Shown here one piece after another: positions 18,093-29,296 of a stretch of 47,798 bases of DNA. The stretch is taken from IMG/VR virus record IMGVR_UViG_3300048591_000612, positions 1-47,798 of that record; one strand, written 5' to 3'. The stretch's first letter is position 1. Each line of letters starts with the position of its first letter. Made by a program: the position numbers and the translations under genes. The DNA is from a virus. Taxonomy: Duplodnaviria > Caudoviricetes. The notes below the pieces were generated by a model. It saw only the letters and a list, made by a program, of their open reading frames with translations, was not told the DNA's origin and did no database searches.

Positions 18093-21000
18093 TCACTCTT
18101 CTTCATCAATCTCATCCTCGAAATTTGGAAGAAGCCCGAGGAACTTAATCATTTCACCGAACATCTGTTCAATGCGATCTTCCATCTTAACAACCTGACC
18201 GTTAGGATCTCTTAACTCTTTATAAGCAGCAGGGTCATACCATTCCTCTTCCATCTTCTGTATTGTCAAACCTTGCTTCCTCTGAAACTCTGCAATACGT
18301 GGCTTTGCTTGCTCTACCAACTCAGCTAACTGATCTGGGAATTGATACGCAGCACCTGTACGATACATATCTGCAATAGCAGTAAGCCCAAGATCACGCT
18401 CGAGATTATCCATCCTACGCTCAGCTGCTTTTGCCAATGATAACTTACGTGGGTCACGACTATATACAGTAAGGAACACTTGTGATAAAGCATACTTCAT
18501 GTTACCATACTCACGAATGAACGCCTCAGTTCCTTGTGGATTAAACTCATTCTGCGTGAAATTACTATACGCACCAATGATAGATGATATGAAGTGGTTT
18601 GTTATCTTCGCCGCTTTAATGTCTGCACTATCATGAGGACTATATATCGCTTGGTTATCTTTCTGTCCTTGGATAGACTCATACGTCACACGAAGCAGTG
18701 GTGTGATCTCCCACTTATTTAATTCCACAAACTTTGATAGTGCATTATCCACAGATGGATCAAGTGCTGTATCAATCCTATTGATATATTTCGTGAGGAG
18801 ATCATGCGGACCTGCGAAGACCATTACAATATCCTTCGGACCTGCGTGTGTCTGTCGACGCATGAGGTATCGTCTACCGAATTGATCCCTCTCCCATCCG
18901 AGTACACCTGTAAAGAAGAAGTCAACAGCGAGTACGAATCCTAATAGATTAACAGCAACCATCGCACTTGCCTGCTGAGCACTTGATGCAGTACCAGATA
19001 TAACACGTGGGATATTCCTAATACTCTCACCGAATAGTTTGAACATCGCAATCTTATACGTTGGTGTGTATAAGAATGTGTTAAGGGTATTCCTTGTGCC
19101 AATAGGAACATCAGCGTAATCGCCAAATATCTGTGATGCTAACGCAGCTGCATCTTTCTCCGACAGTCCATCATTTAATAGTTTCCTATATGCGATCTGT
19201 CTTGTGAGGTGATCAAAGCCCCATGCGAAATTATTAAGAGCTGCGTACACCTGCCTCAATGGAGTCACACCCATAGAGAGTAATGACTTACCAAGTGTTG
19301 AGTGTTTTGTTGCTGCTCTAATGTACGTCTTTAGTTTAGGAAAGGCAAGAGCCGCACCTGCACCCATACCAAGGAATGCACCTGCTCCACCTGTAACTGC
19401 AGCGGTTGCGAGTCCACCTGCTACCGCACCAATAGCAGCACGTGTGTATGATCTTTTCGCTCCACGCTTACCAAGACCGGCATCTTGCACATCCTCAACA
19501 ATAGATGAAAATGGGCTACGAAATGACTGTGATGTTACACCCAGTTCCTGTGCCCGTCTAAACTCATCCGATCGTGTTAGGTAATCTGACACACCCTGAT
19601 ACACAGCACGTGCGCCTTTGATTGGACTTGATACAGACATAGCTCCAACAAGTGCGAGCTGAATTACGTTGTATGAAGCAAGGAGAAACGGATCAGCGAA
19701 TGTGAAGAATTTAGCTGTGGATACCCACCTCTTAAATACGCCAACCTGATCTGTTCGAGCCATGACGTGAAGCCAGTTATTCAATACAGGGTGTACATCA
19801 TACTCTCTGAATAAACCAATAGGTGGCTCATCGTTATACCTCTTCTCATATGCACCATTAGGTCTCTTCAATCTCGCTGCAGCTCCTTCACGAACAGCTG
19901 CATCACGGATACGGCCGAAGGCTAAATCTTGACCTACCCTCTGCGCATATGATCCAAGCATTGCATCTGCATCAAGGTCTGATATTTCAAGCACACCATT
20001 TTCAATGAGGTCTGCTATCTTAGTTGTTGCCCTCTTCTTATCAGTAAGGAATGATAATGCGCGCTCAAACTTCTGTACATCATGCGTCTTAATATTATCA
20101 AACCACGCTTGGAGAGGTATGTGCACAAACTCAACATCGTATGCTTCAGCTAAACGTGTGAGGAGTTTATTCAACTTAGCAGCATCTGGAGGCTGTACGT
20201 TAGGATCTGATAGGAGATCTTTTATCTTCTGTGCTATCTTCTCCCTATGATAATCACCATGCCTCTGACTCAGCACGTTAGCATTTTGAAGTCGCTGCTT
20301 CCATGCGTACATATACTTTTTATATACAATAGCTGTATCATGGATAGCTTGCTCTCGGGTAGTTGCAGTACCTGCTTTAACTTTACCATCGAGTTCTGCG
20401 AACTTCAGTTTAGATTCAGCAACAAGGATCGCTTCTGACTTAATCTCTTTCGCTTGATCAGGAGATTTGAATCCCTTACTCTCTAAATTCCTCTGCACAG
20501 ATGACGCAGTGTCAGCTGCTTCTGATACAGCATAGTCGATTGTGGAATAATAGTTACGCACATTGTAACCAGTCTGCTCCATACCATATCGTCTGAACTC
20601 AGTCTTAACAGCAACGGAATCAAGTACCCTTGCTATCAATCCCTTTCTCATGACTTCCTTCTTACCTATCCCCTTACCGTCAATACCACTGAATACATTA
20701 TCCATGAAGTCGTATTGTGCCTTAGACAGAGGCATACCCGATGATAAGGTTGTGGTGAGGTGATCTGTTACAAATTCAAATAGTGTGGAGAATGATCCAG
20801 CTGCTTCGATATACTTCTTCGATGTTGACCTTGTAACCTTTCCGCTATACTCACTCGCAATATCTGGGTCAAAGTTACGCATGAGGTACTCTTTAAAAGC
20901 GTTGGAGAAGAAGTCAGACACCTCAAGCTTATCCTTCGCATCAACACCGAGGCGCTTACTTAATAGCTTAGCTTCCTTCTCTGTCATTGTCTCTGCAAGC

Positions 21001-23249
21001 ATATCAGACATTGCGTCTACGTACTCGCCAAATGTAGTGGCCTGATTAATACGCATAGTCATACGACCGAGTGCATCAGTAGCAACGCCTGATGCGACCG
21101 CATTAGGATCTTGTTTTATATCAAAGCCTGTCTTCTCATAAAACTCCATAAGAGACATACCAGTGGTACGAGCCCTTGCCTCAAGCACATTCACAAGAGC
21201 ATCAGCAGCTTCAGGTGTTATATCCTGAATATTATTCATGAAGCTTATCTTATACTGATCCCTCGCATATACGCCATCTCTCTTATACCCAGCGTCTACG
21301 ATCTCCTTATTCGTCATGATCTTACCATTATCAGGACCAAGCGCGAGTACACGGAACCTTGATACAATCTCACCATTCTCCATCTCCGTGCCAAGGTATT
21401 CCGTATCGGGTTGATTCCTGTTCAACATGGATGATGTGAGAGCACCAGCACTACCAACTGATAAACCGAGTGATGCACCTGCGTAGAAGTCGTTAAGTAT
21501 ACGCTTTGGTATATCATCTGGGATCTCATCTATCAGATACATTTCCCCAAGTGTGGAAGATATGCCTTGCAATGTCTCTTCAATACCGTTGTAAGGTACA
21601 GTCAGCATTGTCTTGAGAAGCTTCTGCTTAAGGCCTGGAGCTTTCATAGGATCCATCATCTTACCAAATCCCCACTTCTCAATTACAGCATTAGTCATAC
21701 CGACAACATTGGAGAGGATAAAGCGCTCCTCATCTGATACCTCAACACCTGCTTCCTTGAGGAACATGATCTCACGATCAAATGCTCCAGCTTCAAGTGA
21801 GAACATATAAGGCATTAACCCACGACCTTTTGTGGTGAGAGCAACAAGGATACCACCAAGTACAACAGGTAATCCCTCACCGACTGTTGTAGCAAAACGA
21901 AGTGCGGCTTGATCAGGCCTGTTTGCGATTTCATCAAGGACCTGACCAAATGCTTCAATCTCACCTATACGCCTCTGCTCATATGGTATGCTATTAGCAA
22001 AGTCAAAGATAGCACCAGCAAGTACCTGCTTACCGCCTTCTGCTAATGCTTTAGTTGCTCTACTCACACTAGCTATTCCTTGCACAACTTGATCATTACC
22101 TGCAGCTGCAAATGGAGCGGCTACTGCTTTTGCGACAATCTCAGATGCGTACTTAATTTCATCAGCTGCGAGCACAAGTATCTGCCCCATTGACGGAAGT
22201 ACTTGTTGAGCAAGACCTCTCTTCATTGATTCAACGAAGGCTGTGAAGAAGCTATCATCAGGTGCTTTACTTGGTGTAAGGCCTGCATACATTCCTTTTA
22301 CCCTAAAATCATCTTGTAATGCTTCATCCTCAAATTGATCGAAGAAGCCAGATATGACTGCCTTAATGCCTTCATTAGCCTGTGCTATGACTGGCGCTTC
22401 TTCAGCTCTCACTGCAAATGGAATACTGTTCTGCGTAGGTGCGAGTGTTTCAACATACCCACGTGTCTCAGATGGGAGTTTACTCATATCCTTACCACCT
22501 GCTACCCATTTATCAGCAGATCCTACACCCCAGTTATATGCTGCAAGTGCTGCCTCAGCATCACCATCATACCTATTAAGCATCGCCTCATAGTATGATT
22601 TAGCAAAAGCCCTTGCCTTATCTTCATCATACCTCTCATCAGTTGCAGGATCACCAGTTACAACAAGCGGCTTAACTCCAAAGCCTGGCTGTGATGCAGT
22701 CTCAGGCATGATTTGATAAGGACCTGCTGCACCTTTTGGTGACATAAGGAAATTAGGATCCCCAAAGTTAGACTCCTTCCACTTGATCGCATCAAGAGAC
22801 CAATCATCAACCTCATACCTTTGCGTGGTCGGATTGATAGTGGGTGGATTTGTCCTGCGTTTATCGGTATTAACAACTCTTGGTGCGATACCAGTATCAA
22901 TACCAACACTCTTGAGTTGTGCATCTTTCACATTGCCTCCTGATGGGAGATCAGCAATACGCACAATTCCAACAGGTGGTGTCTGTGCCGGCTCCTCAAT
23001 AGGTGAAGAAACCGAACCCGCAGGTAAGTCAGATATACGGACTACTCCGCTTATACCTTTAGTACTTACTGCATCAGCTGCAACAGGAGCAGCAGCTGGC
23101 AGGTCACTTATTTTAATGACTCCAGTTGGACCTTGACTCTGACTAGAAGTTATGGTTGTAGTTGGGAGATCACTAATTTTAATGACACCTGTTGGTCCAG
23201 TTTCTTCTTGTTCGAAGATCGTAGGTTTATTGAGTGTATTATTCAGCAT
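18093..23249 (-). CDS. large internal virion/ejection protein with lytic transglycosylase domain
   Basis: 1718 aa; SLT motifs KWKESNF, GAAGPYQIMPETA, ALAAYNWG; last gene of the structural operon. Confidence 0.8.
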   Translation of the reverse strand: MLNNTLNKPTIFEQEETGPTGVIKISDLPTTTITSSQSQGPTGVIKISDLPAAAPVAADAVSTKGISGVVRISDLPAGSVSSPIEEPAQTPPVGIVRIADLPSGGNVKDAQLKSVGIDTGIAPRVVNTDKRRTNPPTINPTTQRYEVDDWSLDAIKWKESNFGDPNFLMSPKGAAGPYQIMPETASQPGFGVKPLVVTGDPATDERYDEDKARAFAKSYYEAMLNRYDGDAEAALAAYNWGVGSADKWVAGGKDMSKLPSETRGYVETLAPTQNSIPFAVRAEEAPVIAQANEGIKAVISGFFDQFEDEALQDDFRVKGMYAGLTPSKAPDDSFFTAFVESMKRGLAQQVLPSMGQILVLAADEIKYASEIVAKAVAAPFAAAGNDQVVQGIASVSRATKALAEGGKQVLAGAIFDFANSIPYEQRRIGEIEAFGQVLDEIANRPDQAALRFATTVGEGLPVVLGGILVALTTKGRGLMPYMFSLEAGAFDREIMFLKEAGVEVSDEERFILSNVVGMTNAVIEKWGFGKMMDPMKAPGLKQKLLKTMLTVPYNGIEETLQGISSTLGEMYLIDEIPDDIPKRILNDFYAGASLGLSVGSAGALTSSMLNRNQPDTEYLGTEMENGEIVSRFRVLALGPDNGKIMTNKEIVDAGYKRDGVYARDQYKISFMNNIQDITPEAADALVNVLEARARTTGMSLMEFYEKTGFDIKQDPNAVASGVATDALGRMTMRINQATTFGEYVDAMSDMLAETMTEKEAKLLSKRLGVDAKDKLEVSDFFSNAFKEYLMRNFDPDIASEYSGKVTRSTSKKYIEAAGSFSTLFEFVTDHLTTTLSSGMPLSKAQYDFMDNVFSGIDGKGIGKKEVMRKGLIARVLDSVAVKTEFRRYGMEQTGYNVRNYYSTIDYAVSEAADTASSVQRNLESKGFKSPDQAKEIKSEAILVAESKLKFAELDGKVKAGTATTREQAIHDTAIVYKKYMYAWKQRLQNANVLSQRHGDYHREKIAQKIKDLLSDPNVQPPDAAKLNKLLTRLAEAYDVEFVHIPLQAWFDNIKTHDVQKFERALSFLTDKKRATTKIADLIENGVLEISDLDADAMLGSYAQRVGQDLAFGRIRDAAVREGAAARLKRPNGAYEKRYNDEPPIGLFREYDVHPVLNNWLHVMARTDQVGVFKRWVSTAKFFTFADPFLLASYNVIQLALVGAMSVSSPIKGARAVYQGVSDYLTRSDEFRRAQELGVTSQSFRSPFSSIVEDVQDAGLGKRGAKRSYTRAAIGAVAGGLATAAVTGGAGAFLGMGAGAALAFPKLKTYIRAATKHSTLGKSLLSMGVTPLRQVYAALNNFAWGFDHLTRQIAYRKLLNDGLSEKDAAALASQIFGDYADVPIGTRNTLNTFLYTPTYKIAMFKLFGESIRNIPRVISGTASSAQQASAMVAVNLLGFVLAVDFFFTGVLGWERDQFGRRYLMRRQTHAGPKDIVMVFAGPHDLLTKYINRIDTALDPSVDNALSKFVELNKWEITPLLRVTYESIQGQKDNQAIYSPHDSADIKAAKITNHFISSIIGAYSNFTQNEFNPQGTEAFIREYGNMKYALSQVFLTVYSRDPRKLSLAKAAERRMDNLERDLGLTAIADMYRTGAAYQFPDQLAELVEQAKPRIAEFQRKQGLTIQKMEEEWYDPAAYKELRDPNGQVVKMEDRIEQMFGEMIKFLGLLPNFEDEIDEEE

Positions 23250-24937
23250 TATTGTGCAGGTACGAGTGTGTCGCCTTGTTTAATCATCCTTTGCCCATTG
23301 TACATCACTTGCTCACCATCTTTAGTATCGGCAAGGTCAGCCTGTGTTGTCACCGTGCGGAGTTCTGCATTAGGTGCAGTCTGTGTCGTCTTTGCAGGAT
23401 CGGTACTATCCTTGATTTGCTGAACCGCTTCAGGAGTGATACCCCCAGCTTGATTGATTATCTTACCTATTGTTTCAACCTCAGCAGTAAAGTTGCTAGA
23501 GTTGGTGATTCTATTGAGTATGATGTTATAAGCATCCCTATCTTCAGGTGATAACTCTCCGTATATCGCAATAGGATCAAGCGACCCATCAGGACCTTTC
23601 ATTGCCTCCATGAAGGCGCCTATATCCTCAAGGCCAGCATCTGCCATTTTCCTTTGTATCATTGCCTGTGCGTTAGGGTACATTAACATAGCAGCAAATG
23701 TTCTTGCGCTATTGTATAGTGCTGGTGATTGCTCGCCAGATCCTTTACTTCCTGGGTTACGTATCTGGTCAGCAAGTGCAAGTTGATACTCAGTCATTGC
23801 TTTCTTATACGCAAGATCAATCGCTTTTGACACAGTCGTAGGCATCTCTGCACGGATCTTCTCCATACCAAGAATGTTGAGTGTCTTCTGTTGCTCACCA
23901 AGTTCCATCTTTAACTTGTTCTCAGATTCCTTCATGCGCATCTCTTTATCTGTATTAAACTTCTCCAACACAGAGTCAAGACCGCCAGGAGCAAGTGATG
24001 TACCACGACCTTTGATATCACCAATAGCTTCCCCACCGAGCATCCTCTCAAGTACGTTCTGCTCAATGTTTGCATTAGCAGCACCTTCACCAATCGCACC
24101 GAGTCGACCTCCAACAGAATCAGGTCCGCCAATAGCTTGTGCAAATTGACCAAGTGCTCGTGCAAATTCAGGAGAGGAGAGGAAGTCACCAATCTTACTA
24201 ATACGCCTACCAGGATCTGGTTGTTGTATATCAGTGCCAAGATCAACTGCTCCAGCCTGTGGCATATCCCACATCTCCTGTGGCATCAATGACCCAGTGA
24301 TAGGAATACCTGCTACACTTGATCCAGCATACAACTCATCAAACAATGTAGGATCTTGCGCTATCGCAGGTGCTACGGCAGATGGGTCAGGTGTTGTTAC
24401 AGTTGTGCGTCCAGGTGATCCAGTTGTACCGCTAATGTCAACTGGGTTCTTTGGTTTCACTAATTTTTGTGGGTCTATTGGGATACCCTTTTGAAGGATA
24501 TCACTTAATGAAGATCCTGGTACTGTGATAGGAGATGGGTTCCATGCTGGGTTACCTCCCATCGGTGCTCGAGGTGGTGTAGGCTGTATTGGTCGCGTTT
24601 GGCTTATGCCACCCTTCAGAAAGTCTACTACCTGACCAGCAAAATTAGTGACAGGAGCCATGTTAGTAGCAACATTATTTGCCACTCCTGCTACTCTACT
24701 ACCAGCTTGCGCAACAGCAGCTTTAGCTGGCGCCATATCTGGAGCAGGGGAAGGTGGTGCATTCTTACCTATTGGCGATACAAGTGCAGCTTGTGTCCTC
24801 TGATTCCTGCTTGCCTCTCGTTCAGCCCTCTGCTGCGCACGTCTTTGCTCAGCAGTAAGAACACCAGTCGGACCTTGTTGCAAAGCAATGCCAAGCGGAA
24901 AAGGGGATTTGTTTATTCGTCTCATTGTAATCTCCAC
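23249..24937 (-). CDS. internal virion/ejection protein
   Basis: 562 aa, Pro/Ala/Gly-rich, between other ejection-type genes. Confidence 0.6.
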   Translation of the reverse strand: MEITMRRINKSPFPLGIALQQGPTGVLTAEQRRAQQRAEREASRNQRTQAALVSPIGKNAPPSPAPDMAPAKAAVAQAGSRVAGVANNVATNMAPVTNFAGQVVDFLKGGISQTRPIQPTPPRAPMGGNPAWNPSPITVPGSSLSDILQKGIPIDPQKLVKPKNPVDISGTTGSPGRTTVTTPDPSAVAPAIAQDPTLFDELYAGSSVAGIPITGSLMPQEMWDMPQAGAVDLGTDIQQPDPGRRISKIGDFLSSPEFARALGQFAQAIGGPDSVGGRLGAIGEGAANANIEQNVLERMLGGEAIGDIKGRGTSLAPGGLDSVLEKFNTDKEMRMKESENKLKMELGEQQKTLNILGMEKIRAEMPTTVSKAIDLAYKKAMTEYQLALADQIRNPGSKGSGEQSPALYNSARTFAAMLMYPNAQAMIQRKMADAGLEDIGAFMEAMKGPDGSLDPIAIYGELSPEDRDAYNIILNRITNSSNFTAEVETIGKIINQAGGITPEAVQQIKDSTDPAKTTQTAPNAELRTVTTQADLADTKDGEQVMYNGQRMIKQGDTLVPAQ

Positions 24938-24962
24938 GTTTCGGACATCATGTCCAGAAGGT
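24936..24962. promoter_or_regulatory. dispersed palindrome copy 5
   Basis: ACGTTTC-GGACATCATGTCC-AGAAGGT; fills the whole intergenic gap. Confidence 0.85.
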
Positions 24963-24964
24963 TG

Positions 24965-27313
24965 TTATTTAATCATTCCGAGTAAGCCGCCAGCAACTGC
25001 TCCTACACCCATACCAACAGGACCAAATTGCGCACCTGCTGATGCACCACCAAGGGCACCTGATAATACAGATGCAGCACGACTTGGGCTATTCGGCACG
25101 AAGGCAGATCCACCTTGACCGGCTGATAATAGGTTTGCACCTTGTTGTAAGATCTCATATCCCCACATTTCATACTGCTTCCGTAAATCCATCTGTGCAC
25201 CCTCATGCTCTGACTTCGCAACGATACTCATACGTGTGAGGTCACCGAGGATCTTTGTCGCCTCAAGGTCATAGTTAATACGCATACGAAGCGTGTCTTG
25301 CATTATCTGTACAGCGCCTTTAATCATTTCCTCCCTTGACATCTTATTAGCAAGACGTGCACGGAACTCAATATCACTATTGGTCTGATACACTCCATTG
25401 TATATGTCAAGGAGTTTCATCTTAAAGGCTTCTCGATTGAACAGCATCTCTGATATGACACGTACGCCATCTTGGATAAGACCTGCCCTCACTTGATGCT
25501 CTTGCAGATCCCCACGGAGATGTGCTTCTGTCACACCTTGCTGTGCTTGTATATAATACGCAAGGAATGCTTTACGGAAGTCAACCTCTGTAAACATCAT
25601 CTGCGCCATTTGCTGAACAGCGGCTTGCACTGCACTATCTTGCGCACCTTTGTTCGCCTTCATTACATCAATGTTATCTCTCATGTACGATTGATAAACA
25701 CTGTTAAATGCACCGACGAGAGCCTGGTCAAGTCCAACCCTTGTCTGTATCATGTTATTCTGAAACTGCAATGACTGACTTAAGAGTGCGTCACGTGCGC
25801 TCTTATCAGATTGTGCGGAGTTCAACTCATACTGCGCTTGTGCAATCATTGCCTGATTATGTGCTCCAAGCTGTGCTTGCTCATATGATATACGAAGACG
25901 CATGATCTCAGTAATCTTCTCAATCGACATGAGGAGGAACTGATCTCTTGCACGCTTATCTTCAATAGCTGCTTGCAGGCTATATTGTACGTTATCCTTA
26001 AACAAGCCCATACGACTCGTTATGAGGTCACGGAATATGCTAAGGCGTACATCACTATTAAACTTTGCAATACTCTGAAGATGCTCCGCCTCAATCATTG
26101 CCATACCGAGGAGGAATGCACTACCCTCAACTGCATTGATCTCTGACATTGCACCAGCGAATCGACGCATGGCTTTTGCCTTGGCGTACTCAAGAGAGTT
26201 ACCAAACTCTGTTACTGTTCCTGCGATATCAGCAGATGACATAGCATCCATAACATCATCAAGGGCAGCAGCTATATCGGCTTGGGATAACTCTTGACTG
26301 ATGGTGACGATGTTATCAATGTCAACATTCCTCAATACGCCAGTTGCATCTGCTTTTGCTACAACAGCAGTCATGAATGAATCCCAATCTGTCAACTCTA
26401 CAATGTTCGTCACGATGGAGTCAAGTGCTTCAGTCATCTGAAGTGATGCACCTTCTCTCGCACGTAGCATAATCCCACTGACGTCAACCGTTGACAGTAC
26501 ACCAGTGGCACCTATTGCTCCAACGATATTTGTAAGGGCGTCAGTAAAGTCTGTGTCCTCTTCAACAGGAGTTGATAGCTTCGCAATGAGAGCATCAACC
26601 ACATTTTCCGCTTCTGTAATTGGTGTGAGGGATGATATGTTAATAGGTACAATAACACCCGATAGACCAGATACAGCTTGTGTTATGTAAGATTGCCAAT
26701 CAGCCTCTGGATCAATTTGATCAACCAGCTGACCAACAGCATTAGTTATAATCCCACTGGCTGCAGTCTGCGCAGCTGTTATGATCGCATCAACATCTAT
26801 ATTCTGCAATACACCAGATGCACCAACCTGCCCAACAACTGTATTAAACAGTGTTGGGAACAGTGATGCAGGGTCAATGCCTACACCTGAAGGGATAGCT
26901 GCAAATGCTCCACTTATTGCAGAGCCTGCCTCACCTCTTGATGCTGCGGATAATCCTGAAACGTCAATATCACGAAGCACCCCACTTGCATCAATCTGTG
27001 CGATTGCGCCAGTGAGATGCGTACCATGCTCTGTGACTGGATCAAGTCCAACAACAAGTGTATTGAATAAGCAAAACCTACCAATCGCATTATTCAACTG
27101 AGCCGTTGGATCAGTATATGCGAATGTAGGATCTGTGTAGTTAAGAGCGAAAGGATTACGGTCATTAGATATATGCTGGTTAAGCATATATATCATACCA
27201 CGAGAAACATTACTCGGGTTATCATTCCCCTGCGTACCCATGAGAGCCCTGTGAAAGGACTCCATGAATGCAGGTATCTGTACAGTTCCGGAAGATCCGC
27301 CACCACCACTCAT
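24965..27313 (-). CDS. internal virion/ejection protein with C-terminal glycine zipper
   Basis: MSGGGGSS start, internal helical repeats, C-terminal GALGGASAGAQFGPVGMGVGAVAGGLLG. Confidence 0.65.
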   Translation of the reverse strand: MSGGGGSSGTVQIPAFMESFHRALMGTQGNDNPSNVSRGMIYMLNQHISNDRNPFALNYTDPTFAYTDPTAQLNNAIGRFCLFNTLVVGLDPVTEHGTHLTGAIAQIDASGVLRDIDVSGLSAASRGEAGSAISGAFAAIPSGVGIDPASLFPTLFNTVVGQVGASGVLQNIDVDAIITAAQTAASGIITNAVGQLVDQIDPEADWQSYITQAVSGLSGVIVPINISSLTPITEAENVVDALIAKLSTPVEEDTDFTDALTNIVGAIGATGVLSTVDVSGIMLRAREGASLQMTEALDSIVTNIVELTDWDSFMTAVVAKADATGVLRNVDIDNIVTISQELSQADIAAALDDVMDAMSSADIAGTVTEFGNSLEYAKAKAMRRFAGAMSEINAVEGSAFLLGMAMIEAEHLQSIAKFNSDVRLSIFRDLITSRMGLFKDNVQYSLQAAIEDKRARDQFLLMSIEKITEIMRLRISYEQAQLGAHNQAMIAQAQYELNSAQSDKSARDALLSQSLQFQNNMIQTRVGLDQALVGAFNSVYQSYMRDNIDVMKANKGAQDSAVQAAVQQMAQMMFTEVDFRKAFLAYYIQAQQGVTEAHLRGDLQEHQVRAGLIQDGVRVISEMLFNREAFKMKLLDIYNGVYQTNSDIEFRARLANKMSREEMIKGAVQIMQDTLRMRINYDLEATKILGDLTRMSIVAKSEHEGAQMDLRKQYEMWGYEILQQGANLLSAGQGGSAFVPNSPSRAASVLSGALGGASAGAQFGPVGMGVGAVAGGLLGMIK

Positions 27314-27747
27314 ATGTCTACTCCCATAGTTAAGAGTGTATAAGAAATATCAGCACCATTCTTTTCAGCCATCTGCTTTACCCGATCAAACTGTGTGTAC
27401 GCAATTATAGATTTGCACCCACGAGCCTTTGCGAACTTACGCAGAGAGGTGAATCCATCATTCCACTTTTCATCATCAAGTGGAGTTATCCCATAAACAC
27501 TATATAAGACCATCATCTTAATTCGTGCAACAGGATCGAACATATAAGTAGTGAGAGCAACCGCACTATGGTCATGCCCACCATCTGTTAGTATCCAAAC
27601 ATCTGCCTCTTCAAGCATGATTGCTGTTATGACGTTAGCAAGCATGATTGGATTATTCGCTACTGTAGGTGGAAGTGACTGCACAATCATTGGTGCAAGT
27701 GTATCCCACCCATTTGCAACCTGCTCAGGTAACATCCTGATTAGCAT
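27310..27747 (-). CDS. GNAT-like virion assembly protein (T7 gp13-like position)
   Basis: FAKARGCKSIIAYT motif; located between nozzle and ejection genes. Confidence 0.5.
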   Translation of the reverse strand: MLIRMLPEQVANGWDTLAPMIVQSLPPTVANNPIMLANVITAIMLEEADVWILTDGGHDHSAVALTTYMFDPVARIKMMVLYSVYGITPLDDEKWNDGFTSLRKFAKARGCKSIIAYTQFDRVKQMAEKNGADISYTLLTMGVDI

Positions 27748-29296
27748 AAATACCCCTTATTGTTCGTTTATCGGAAGCCTGCCATTTCACCTGGATAGAG
27801 TCGAGTGTGAACTCTGTGTAGTCATCTGCCTTTATTATAACAATAAAGTCAACGCCTGATACACGAAGGGTTACATTACCTTCTTTATTTGTCTTCACAA
27901 ATCGACTCGTTATCCAATCCTCGCCAGGACCATACCGAGTTTTAATTGCTACATACACAGGTGTATCTGTCTGCATACCAAGGTTTACAGATGCGACTGT
28001 CTTAATACCTCGTATGCCCATATCAAACACTTGTGTCTGTATTTCAACCTCTTCATTAAACACAGGATTGAATACGCCAACACTTACACCACGATAAGGT
28101 ATAACAGATGTCGGCTTAATTGTTACTTCTGTGAGGCCTGATGTGTTTAATAAGAATGATGTAACACCATCTGATATGAAATACTGATTCTCTACACTGT
28201 CATATGTGATAACTGTTGATGCTCCGATAAGGCGAGACATATGCTCTTGATAATCAAGGCGCTCGATCTTACCTTCTGCCATGCTATACAGACGGTAATC
28301 ATTCCCGAGGAATATGTGCATCCTATCATCACCGGCAACACAAGCACGATTCATAACACCAACTCTACTCATATCCATAATGCCGAATGTTGGTGGGACA
28401 TCTTGTTGCAAATTGCCGTTAGTCATGAGGAGTATCGAGATACCATTATTCCCATACACTGCTACATTATTACCTATACTCTTAACACACAAAACTTCCC
28501 CATCCCAACGCATAGGCATCCAGCCGAGTTCATTCCTCTTCAACAATTCAAGAAAGAATGATTTCCCAAAGGTATCAGTAAACACACCTGACGCACCAAT
28601 AGGAAAACCTTCCATTATAATCTCTGGATATATGAATGCGAGAGGAAAATCAAATCCACCTATGCTCGACCAAAATACCCAGTTAGTATCAATCTCTGCA
28701 AATGGGTATTGTAGGTTGGATGGGAGTAAGTTATCCCACGTTGCAAATAATGTCTGCCACGCACTAATCCACTGAGGTGTCGGACGGAAGCCGCCCATTA
28801 CAATGCGACCTCTGTGTGATGTACCAGTTGTAATACGCACAACATCTTGCGTATATGTCCTCGGTGTGCTTCCACTTATGTAGTTATCACGACCATCACG
28901 GAAGACCATATCAATCCCATTGAAGAGGAAATATGTACTATCGAAGTCAGCCATGTGCCAATATCCTCCGCCGGTCAGTGCCTTGACGTTTGCTTTATTA
29001 AAAGCATCGTATGTTGTTAGCGGAGTATATGTGCCATTACCGAGGTTAAGGGTATTAATAGTATTTGCATTACAAAGGAATGTCTGCCCTCTTCCATCTA
29101 ACACTTGAGGAAATGGGTGTGATATAGTTGGTGCAACATTAGTAGCAAGTGATGGTAATGTAGGGATATCCATATACGGATCACCTGCCTTAACATTCAC
29201 AGCTTTTGTAAGGGTTTCAATGTTACGCCTACTCTTATCAGTCTGCCTAAGACCCTTATGAATATCCTTGGATAATATAAAAGTATATTCTTTCAT
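27725..29296 (-). CDS. tail nozzle / DNA stabilisation protein
   Basis: 523 aa beta-rich protein following the adaptor gene in podovirus order. Confidence 0.6.
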   Translation of the reverse strand: MKEYTFILSKDIHKGLRQTDKSRRNIETLTKAVNVKAGDPYMDIPTLPSLATNVAPTISHPFPQVLDGRGQTFLCNANTINTLNLGNGTYTPLTTYDAFNKANVKALTGGGYWHMADFDSTYFLFNGIDMVFRDGRDNYISGSTPRTYTQDVVRITTGTSHRGRIVMGGFRPTPQWISAWQTLFATWDNLLPSNLQYPFAEIDTNWVFWSSIGGFDFPLAFIYPEIIMEGFPIGASGVFTDTFGKSFFLELLKRNELGWMPMRWDGEVLCVKSIGNNVAVYGNNGISILLMTNGNLQQDVPPTFGIMDMSRVGVMNRACVAGDDRMHIFLGNDYRLYSMAEGKIERLDYQEHMSRLIGASTVITYDSVENQYFISDGVTSFLLNTSGLTEVTIKPTSVIPYRGVSVGVFNPVFNEEVEIQTQVFDMGIRGIKTVASVNLGMQTDTPVYVAIKTRYGPGEDWITSRFVKTNKEGNVTLRVSGVDFIVIIKADDYTEFTLDSIQVKWQASDKRTIRGIYANQDVT

